Shown here piece by piece: positions 8,857-16,136 of a stretch of DNA of 20,000 nucleotides. The stretch's first letter is position 1. Every line of letters begins with the position of its first letter. Both the position numbers and the translations under genes were made by a program. Source of the stretch: Malassezia furfur (taxonomy: Eukaryota); assembly GCA_052055015.1 (NCBI GenBank), contig JBQJIT010000017.1; one strand, written 5' to 3'. A model generated the notes under the pieces. The model had not been told where the DNA came from. It saw only the letters and a list, made by a program, of their open reading frames with translations, and did not search any database.

Positions 8857-10832
8857 GCCATGCGCCACAGCTTCGCACACACATCTGCTGTCGCATCCGT
8901 CTCCTCCGTCGGGAACGCGTAGTGCCGCAGCCGCTTGCGCGTCTCGCGGCGCACCGCCTGCTCGGCCGTCGCCGACTTCGTCGGCAGCATCGCAGGTACC
9001 TGCAGCGTGACGTCCAGCGGCTCGGTCGCCGGCGGCGCGCGCGGCTTCGCGCGCTCCTTGTGCTGCAACGTCTTACGCGCCTCGGTGTCAAAGAGCGTGC
9101 CGTAGGTCGTGTCGAGGAACTCCTCGAGGTTGTATTTTTGTTGCGTAAAAGGCTCCGCGAGAATGCTCGCAAACGTCGTCACCGAGCCGAGATAGTGCGT
9201 ATCGCCGCCGGCCTCCAGCGCGCGCTGCTGCTGGTTCTGGCTAAGACGGTACGCGCCAAACGCCGCAATCTCCCACAGTGAGCTCTCAAGTGCACCCGTG
9301 TGCAGCGGATTGGGCTCTTGCGCGTCAAACGGATCCTCGACACCGGTCGGACCGAGCGCCAGGTGATCGCCATCCCATTCGCGGTGGATCATCGGCATGC
9401 AGCTGGGGTGCCGGCGCAGCAAATTCCACACAAACGGCACAATCTCGACAATCGCTGCGGGCGTCGCACGCAGCGACAGCCGGCTCAGCCGCTTCAGGAA
9501 GGACGCAACGATGGCGACGGGCAGGTGTGTCGAGCTCAGGAATGTGTCGAGCATGCGCATGAAGCGCGAGCGGTATTTGGTATGCATCACCGATGCATCC
9601 AGCAGGCCATAAAGCCGCGTGTAGAACGCGGGGTAGTCGAGGTTGTGCGACACAATCAGCGTAAACAGGCCGTTGAGCGCCAGCAGCGCCGTCGTTCCGC
9701 GCGCGTCCAAGCAGTCCACGAGGAAATCGTGTAACATCGTCGGTTTGGGCAAGTGCGGCAGGATCTGGGTGTGCAGGCGCACCAGGATATCATGCGTCTC
9801 GGCAAGCGAGAGCGAGCCGCCATGGACGACCAGCGTACCGGACGCGTCGGTATGCGATGCAGGGAGCAGCAGACTCAGCCATGCGCCAGCGAATGCCTGG
9901 CGCTGCGCCGCAAGACCGTGCATCGACTCACGTAGCGTCTTGGTGCGCCGCGCACGGCGGCCCCGGCCGGCCGGCACCTCGGCTACCTCGTCGTCGTCGC
10001 TGTCGGACGCCTGAGCGAGCACCTCCTTCATGTCCTCGTCCTCGTCACTCCCCGCACCGTCCTCGCCAAATTTGGGCTTCTTTTGTGTCTTGCTCTTCTT
10101 CTTGGGCGGGGCTTTGGCGAGGTGCGGTACCAAAAAGTTGTTTAAGTGGTCGTCTTGCGTTGGGATTGCCGTGATCCGCACCAGCCACGTACGTGCGCGC
10201 GAACGGATATGCGCATGACGTGCAGATGCATCAGGGATCGCACGCAGGACGCGGATGAGTTCCCGACAAAACTCAAAGCGCACGTCGTCATAGATTTCGA
10301 GATACGACTCGGCGAACGCATCAACAACGTCGTCGGCCACCTCGCGGAAGAGCAGCGTGCGAACGAGCAGCCGGAACGGCGTAATAGACCACTTCCCAGC
10401 ATCGCAGGCCAGGGCCTCGGACGCGGCCACCTGGAGCGACATGGTGACCTCGAGTGCGGCAAGGCGCACCGACGATACCGGTGACACCAGCAACGTCTCG
10501 AGCACAAACTGTACGTACGCATTCCACTGCTCCTTCATCCAGCGCGCGACCTGCGCGCGCGGTTCATCGCTTGCCTCACCAAGCATAAGCAGGCCGACGT
10601 CCGTGACGTGTGCTACGTCTAGCGCACCAGACGCACACAACGCCACGAGACTCTGCGACAAGACGCGTACGGCGAGGGTCAGCGCCTTGAGATTGTCCTT
10701 GTCTTGTGTCTTCAATAGCTCACCATGAAGTTTCCGAGCAAGCTCCAAAAGCTCGACGATCGGATTCAGGTCCGTGGACGCGGCGAGCTGCCCCTGGATC
10801 GCCTTGACGCGCTCCAACGGTGCCGCTCCCAT
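8853..10832 (-). CDS. NOC4: Nucleolar complex protein 4 (CBF/Mak21 family, SSU processome)
   Basis: LALNGLFTLIVSHNLDYPAFYTRLYGLLD..HTKYRSRFMRMLDTFLSSTHLPVAIVASFLKRLSRLSL, NLLRRHPSC and ALESSLWE. Start at ATG 10832 (alternative in-frame ATG at 10868). Confidence 0.92.
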   Translation of the reverse strand: MGAAPLERVKAIQGQLAASTDLNPIVELLELARKLHGELLKTQDKDNLKALTLAVRVLSQSLVALCASGALDVAHVTDVGLLMLGEASDEPRAQVARWMKEQWNAYVQFVLETLLVSPVSSVRLAALEVTMSLQVAASEALACDAGKWSITPFRLLVRTLLFREVADDVVDAFAESYLEIYDDVRFEFCRELIRVLRAIPDASARHAHIRSRARTWLVRITAIPTQDDHLNNFLVPHLAKAPPKKKSKTQKKPKFGEDGAGSDEDEDMKEVLAQASDSDDDEVAEVPAGRGRRARRTKTLRESMHGLAAQRQAFAGAWLSLLLPASHTDASGTLVVHGGSLSLAETHDILVRLHTQILPHLPKPTMLHDFLVDCLDARGTTALLALNGLFTLIVSHNLDYPAFYTRLYGLLDASVMHTKYRSRFMRMLDTFLSSTHLPVAIVASFLKRLSRLSLRATPAAIVEIVPFVWNLLRRHPSCMPMIHREWDGDHLALGPTGVEDPFDAQEPNPLHTGALESSLWEIAAFGAYRLSQNQQQRALEAGGDTHYLGSVTTFASILAEPFTQQKYNLEEFLDTTYGTLFDTEARKTLQHKERAKPRAPPATEPLDVTLQVPAMLPTKSATAEQAVRRETRKRLRHYAFPTEETDATADVCAKLWRMA

Positions 10833-10889
10833 CGTGGCTGAGAAAAAAAGAGCCGCCTCCACTCCCATCTTCTTGTCGCCCTCCACACA

Positions 10890-12797
10890 ATGCACTGGCG
10901 CACCGTAGTGTGGGGTGCGCTCGTGCTCGCGTATGCTGCAGCGCGCGCGACGCTGCCAGATGCGCAATTATCCCATGAGGGTATCTATATCAACTTGCCG
11001 GCAACATCTTCGCTCAGGATATATATGGAACCTGCCGAACTCGAATTGGAAAATGCAACTGTATCAATTAGTGCGCTGCGCACGCGCTCCGCCGACCAGG
11101 TCGAACTGTGCAAGCAGGGCCAACTACGCTCGATTGAGGCGTGCAGTGCAACCGATCTCTTTACAACACATGAATTCACACCTGTGTTCACCATACAACA
11201 CGAGGATCTGCAGCCTGATCAGGGCGTGTCTTTATCCCACCTATGGGCATCGGCCAACGGCAGCCTAGCGGCGCTCGTACATCCTGAACCCCATGGGGTC
11301 TTACGCAGCGTGATAATAAAACTGCGTACGAACAGCCGACACGGAGTACGTACTCGCTTTTGGTGGCTTGGCAACCTGGTCCCCGAGCGCGGCCTGTGGC
11401 CGATCGCCGCGTCCGATGTTGCATCGCGCGACGGGCAGCCAGTCAATGGCAGTGCTTTGGATATCCCCTGGGACGGGCGTGCCGTGCGGATAAGTGGTAC
11501 GATGCAAGACCCATTTCTACCTCGCTCGCGCCAGCGGGCGTACATGCGAGACAGCTCGTGGGCCCGCGGTGTGACCATACGCACGCGCACGGGCGGAGAC
11601 CCTGTCCCGCTCTACTCGCCTACGAATGGTACTGTGGTGTGGAGCGCACCCTACGTGCATGTGCGTCCGCCCCACACAGGTGCTCATGCGGGCGAGAACA
11701 ACGAGGAGGACTGGTGCGTGATGATCCAGGATGCCTGGGGCACCGTCTTCCAGCTGTTTGGCCTCCAGCGCGGACACGCAACAGTACGAGTGGGCGAGCG
11801 GGTGCGGGCTGGCCAAAACATTGGCATTGCACATCAAACGCAGCTTAGCCAGATGCCGCCCAGCACCGAAGCGCCCGCTGACCCGCCCAAATCCTACGAA
11901 ATTCAACGGTTTTTGCCATACCCCTATCGTTTCCGCCGGCTCGAGGTGCGCGTCGGGCGCACATCATGTATCCGCCCCGGTGACGCATGTTTTGCGCCAG
12001 ACGCACCGTGGGATTACTACCCCCCGCAGTTTGTGCTCCGCAAACGCGATGAGCCGTCGGCGATCCCGCCGATGGTCGAGCCCCACCGCATCTACTTTGC
12101 GCCGGCGGCCGCCTCGCCACTCGACCACGTCCCTCTTGCGGCGCCGAAAAGTGCCCTGGCGCACCCATTGCCCTTGTCTGGGCGTGTGGATGTACTGAGT
12201 ACGCTGGTGTCGTTTGAGTCGACGCCCGGACACCTTGACGATGCGATGGACCCTCTAGCCTTGTATGCCCTTGAATGGGCCGTCGTCCCGCAAAGTGCGC
12301 AGCCAGTGTGCGAGCAAACCAATGTGTATTGGCGAAAGTCCTTTGAGCACAACCGCCTGCCGAATCCAAACAACGCCAACCTCGACGATCCCGCGTTCCT
12401 CCAGGCGCACTACGTCCCCACGGTGGTGGTTGCCAGCGTCGCCGGACACGCCTTCCGTGCGCAGATCAAGAGCCAATTTGACGAAAAGGAGCGTGCCCTG
12501 GTCTACGCGCTGAGCCGGACACGGGGCGGTAGGCCACACATTGAGGGGGCCTGGGACATTACGCGCGAGCCAACGCGCGGTGTGCACCAAGTGGCCATCC
12601 GTGCATGGGACATGAGCGGAAATGCAGTGTGCACGGAAACCACCGTTCTCCTCACCGACGTCGTGACACCGCGCCCCAACTTATGGCAGAGCCGCGAGTG
12701 GCACACGGCGGTGCTCGACTCGGCGCTACTTGGGCTGCCGCAGGCGGCAGCGACGCTATTGATGGGCGTAGCGCAGTTGCTTTGGGTCCTTTTGTAG
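10890..12797 (+). CDS. Uncharacterised secreted or surface-anchored protein with a degenerate peptidase M23/LytM-like domain
   Basis: 635-aa ORF filling the gap between NOC4 and UTP18. It has an N-terminal signal peptide (MHWRTVVWGALVLAYAAARA), an M23-like segment (PLYSPTNGTVV...VRVGERVRAGQNIG) and a hydrophobic C-terminal tail. Confidence 0.75.
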   Translation: MHWRTVVWGALVLAYAAARATLPDAQLSHEGIYINLPATSSLRIYMEPAELELENATVSISALRTRSADQVELCKQGQLRSIEACSATDLFTTHEFTPVFTIQHEDLQPDQGVSLSHLWASANGSLAALVHPEPHGVLRSVIIKLRTNSRHGVRTRFWWLGNLVPERGLWPIAASDVASRDGQPVNGSALDIPWDGRAVRISGTMQDPFLPRSRQRAYMRDSSWARGVTIRTRTGGDPVPLYSPTNGTVVWSAPYVHVRPPHTGAHAGENNEEDWCVMIQDAWGTVFQLFGLQRGHATVRVGERVRAGQNIGIAHQTQLSQMPPSTEAPADPPKSYEIQRFLPYPYRFRRLEVRVGRTSCIRPGDACFAPDAPWDYYPPQFVLRKRDEPSAIPPMVEPHRIYFAPAAASPLDHVPLAAPKSALAHPLPLSGRVDVLSTLVSFESTPGHLDDAMDPLALYALEWAVVPQSAQPVCEQTNVYWRKSFEHNRLPNPNNANLDDPAFLQAHYVPTVVVASVAGHAFRAQIKSQFDEKERALVYALSRTRGGRPHIEGAWDITREPTRGVHQVAIRAWDMSGNAVCTETTVLLTDVVTPRPNLWQSREWHTAVLDSALLGLPQAAATLLMGVAQLLWVLL

Positions 12798-14477
12798 CTA
12801 TGACACATACGAACGGAGCGCGTACAGCAGCACACGACCCCGGCTGTTGCCGATCGCCATGTACCGGCTCTCGGACGAGAAGTCGAGCGCAGTAACATGC
12901 CCGAGCGGCGTGCCCGCCGTCGGCCAGTTGGAGTAGGTCTGCAACGTGGGCACATGCACCATGCGCAAAGCGTCCTTCTTGTTGCGCGACGCAATCGCAA
13001 GCAGCTGCGCGTCGTGGCTGAATCGCATCGAGGTGATCGCCGTCGTTAGATTGCCGAGCGCGCGCCGCGACTTGAGCTGCACGTCGTCGGTGACCGGCGC
13101 AGCGACGGGAGTGTCGACAAGCCCATCAAGCGTCGCGCTCGTCGTCACGCGGTCGTCGGTGCCGCCATACACATTTACCACACCGCTAGTCGACCCCACC
13201 GCCCACGCCGACGGCACGAGCGACGACGAGGCACACTCAAGGCCCTTGGCGCCAAACAGCCCGGGATCGAATGCCGTCACGGGGCACGCGCGGTTGCGCA
13301 CATCCCACACATGCACGCGACCCTCGGTGGAGAGCGTCAGCAGCCGCGGCGTGGAGGTGGAGGGCGCCCAGGTCATGCCGGCGAGCGGCGCATTCATGCG
13401 CAGCTCGCCGATGCGCTGTCCGCCGCCGTTGGCGGTCACACCGCCGGCACCCCAGTCAACCAGATGGACTTGCCCGCGGCGCCCACCGATCGCAACGAGG
13501 CGCGCGTCCGCACCCGGCTCGAATCGCACAAAGCTCAGGTCGCGCTCGGCACCCGCATCGACTTCCGTGCCACCAGCACTCGACACCACCTTACCTGCGC
13601 CACGCCATGGCGATGAGCGAATGGTCTTACCGGAACGAATGTCGTATGCGTACAGGTACGGGCGGTTGCCGGCGATCAGCACCGAGTGACCAGAGGGGTG
13701 GAACTGTGCTGTCTTAATTGGCAAATCGGGCACATGCAGTGTCTCAAGTAGCGGATTGGTGCTCCCGTTGATTTGGAACAGGCGCACACGCCGATCGCGC
13801 GAGGCTGTAAGAAGGACATGCGAGCGTGCGCTAGGGTGGAATGCAATGTGTTCGATTGCCGCAGGCTCCTCGGCACGTTCCTGCGCCTCGTTTGCGTCAC
13901 GCAGGCGCTCCACGTCAAGACGGTCGGGCGTCAAACGTCGGGTCACGCCGCGGCTCACGAGGCCCGACTCGGCACTGAGCAGGTCACTGAGCAGGGGCGC
14001 ACTCCATGCGCTGCTCTCGCCCATGCTGGGAGCCACAGATGCCCAGGCCGGCCGCGGATGCATGCGCTCGTACTGCCGGCGCAAACGCCGCTGGTACTCG
14101 GCACCGCTGATCACCTGCTCACTAGGGTTGGTGCGCAGTTTACGAAGTTTTTTGACGCCGCGCATACTGCCGTCGGGTGCGCGCGCACCAGCACCCGCAA
14201 GCGGCACCATGATCTGCTCATCGTCCGCGTCAGTCCATGCGGCATGTGGTTGGTCAGATGTGGCTGTCGCCGCGGGTGCGTCGGTGCTTCCGGGGACGTC
14301 AACGTCGACGTCGAGCGCAAACAGCTGCCGGTGAGTGGGCGGGAGACGTACGTCTTGGTCCTGGGCCTCCTGTAGGGTATCCTCGTCTTCACGCTTCCGC
14401 GTGACGCCGGCGCCGCCAAACAGGCGCTGCGCCAAGCGCTGCTCTTCGGTGCGCTCTGCGCCGTGCGCGTCTCCCAT
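12798..14477 (-). CDS. UTP18: U3 snoRNA-associated protein 18 (WD40); exons 14477-14352, 14324-12798 (550 aa)
   Basis: AAWTDADDE, LRKLR..EQVISGAEYQRRLRRQYERMHPRPAWA, LGNLTTAITSMRFSHDAQLLAIAS..KDALRMVHVP..YSNWPTAGTPLGHV. Confidence 0.93.
   Translation of the reverse strand: MGDAHGAERTEEQRLAQRLFGGAGVTRKREDEDTLQEAQDQDVRLPPTHRQLFALDVDVDVPGSTDAPAATATSDQPHAAWTDADDEQIMVPLAGAGARAPDGSMRGVKKLRKLRTNPSEQVISGAEYQRRLRRQYERMHPRPAWASVAPSMGESSAWSAPLLSDLLSAESGLVSRGVTRRLTPDRLDVERLRDANEAQERAEEPAAIEHIAFHPSARSHVLLTASRDRRVRLFQINGSTNPLLETLHVPDLPIKTAQFHPSGHSVLIAGNRPYLYAYDIRSGKTIRSSPWRGAGKVVSSAGGTEVDAGAERDLSFVRFEPGADARLVAIGGRRGQVHLVDWGAGGVTANGGGQRIGELRMNAPLAGMTWAPSTSTPRLLTLSTEGRVHVWDVRNRACPVTAFDPGLFGAKGLECASSSLVPSAWAVGSTSGVVNVYGGTDDRVTTSATLDGLVDTPVAAPVTDDVQLKSRRALGNLTTAITSMRFSHDAQLLAIASRNKKDALRMVHVPTLQTYSNWPTAGTPLGHVTALDFSSESRYMAIGNSRGRVLLYALRSYVS
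14325..14351 (-). other. Spliceosomal intron, 27 nt, in-frame and stop-free (UTP18)
   Basis: Minus strand reads GTACGTCTCCCGCCCACTCACCGGCAG (donor, CTCAC branch site, CAG). Removal gives DQD|LFALD. Confidence 0.78.
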
Positions 14478-14503
14478 GGCGTCGAGGGAGAACTTTTTTC
14501 CTG

Positions 14504-14509
14504 CACGTG
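14504..14509. promoter_or_regulatory. CACGTG E-box at the centre of the 58-bp divergent UTP18/HEM3 gap
   Basis: GCACGTGAC, 26 bp from each ATG. Confidence 0.55.
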
Positions 14510-14535
14510 ACGATCGATTCGAAGCTGCGACGTCG

Positions 14536-16130
14536 ATGGCGGAGATCCACGCGCAGGAGCCGCCGGCCTGCCCGGTGCCGCACGCCAGGGAGCAGCCGCT
14601 TCCGCCAGGACACCCACCCGTGCCTGATGCGGCACCCAGCTCGTTGCAGCCGCCGACGGGACCGCACTGCATTTTTTTCCGCCAGCCGGAGGACAAGCTC
14701 GACGCGCCGGAAAACGTTGCGAACGACGTGCCGGAATCGGACCCGAGCGCGGAGGCTGTCGCGGATGTCGTGCAGGATATCGTGCCTGCAGAATACCTGC
14801 TGGTGCTCGCTAGCCGCACGAGCAAGCTCGCTGTACGTCAGGCCGAGCAGGTACAGCACATGCTCGAGGTGCGCTTTGGTGCATCATCGCCGGCGTTTGC
14901 CGACCCGGTGCCCGAGGACGTGCGTGAGGAGGTCGCAGCAATCCACGAGCGTTTACGTGCGCTAGATGGCCCTGATGCGCCGCTGCGTCCATTTGCGTTC
15001 CCTGCGCGCACGATGCAGACGGGCGGAGATCTGAATCTGCGCTCACCTTTGTACGTGATCGGCGGCGAGGGCCGCGCGATCTGGACGAAGGAGCTCGAGG
15101 TTGCACTGCTAGCCGGTGGTGTGGATGCGATCGTGCACAGCTTGAAAGACGTGCCCACGACGCTGCCCACCAACCTCGAGCTCGCGGCGATTCTTGAGCG
15201 CGAAGATCCGCGCGATGCGCTCGTTGTCAAGGCTGGCCTTCCGTACGCGTCACTCGAGGAGATGCCGCCTGGTTCAGTGATTGGTACATCGTCGGTGCGC
15301 CGCGTCGCGCTGCTGCGCCGTGCTTACCCCCATTTGATGTTTAGCGATGTGGTATGTCTTGGAAGCTAACGCAGCGCGGCAATATCCACACCCGGCTCGC
15401 GAAACTCGATGCCGAAAATGGACCCTATACGGCGCTTGTGCTTGCCGCCGCAGGGCTCAAGCGTATGCAGCTCGCTACGCGTATTACCGCATACCTCACT
15501 GCACCTGTTATGCTGCACGCCGTCGGCCAAGGCTCGCTTGGTATCGAAATCCGGTCACCAAACGGTTCACCGCGTGATGCGCGCGTCAAGGCGCTCATCG
15601 CGAGCATCGCCGACTGGCGCGCGACGTGGCGCTGCAGTGCGGAGCGGGCACTGCTGCACCGCATGGAGGGAGGTTGCTCCATTCCGCTCGGCGTTGCATC
15701 GTGGTTTGACGACCACCACGAGGTCGAAGTGACGCGTAACGAGCCGCTGGCCACGCCCGCACAGCTCGCGGCCGAAGGCAAGCCCGTCAGTGCGCCGGTC
15801 GATCTGCGTTTCTCGACGCCGCCGCCAGACGGCCAGGTGCTGACGCTGCGTGCGGTGATCGTGTCGTTGGACGGCACGCGCAGCTGTGAGTACGAGGCAT
15901 CAGCGCTGTGCAAGTCGGTGGACGATGCCGTGGCGCTAGGGATACAGGTTGCCGACGACCTTGAGCACCGCCAGGGTGCTCGTGAGATTCTTGAGGAGGT
16001 CGAGCACCACCGCCGCCTCGCCGAGCAGGCGGACGAGGCGCAGCGGCAAAAGCAGCAAGTACCCGCACAGGAGCAGGACCGGCGGTTTGTGCCGCGCACG
16101 GACGGACAGCCCAAGGTATGGGAAGTGTAG
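14536..16130 (+). CDS. HEM3: Porphobilinogen deaminase (hydroxymethylbilane synthase); exons 14536-15351, 15375-16130 (523 aa)
   Basis: LASRTSKLAVRQA, WTKELEVALL..DAIVHSLKDVPT, REDPRDALV, IGTSSVRR, DV|RGNIHTRLAKLD, AVGQGSLGIE and the cofactor-binding Cys in EGGCSIP. Confidence 0.95.
15352..15374 (+). other. Spliceosomal intron, 23 nt (HEM3)
   Basis: GTATGTCTTGGAAGCTAACGCAG. Removal restores the conserved FSDV|RGNIHTRL. Confidence 0.93.
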
Positions 16131-16136
16131 TAGTCA

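Noticed and set aside
14335..14825. Apparent long head-to-head CDS overlap of UTP18 and HEM3 (likewise 5573-5705, 8105-8237 and 10832-10967)
   Set aside because: Artefact of the ORF finder extending to the farthest start; downstream ATGs give non-overlapping genes with 56-68 bp gaps.
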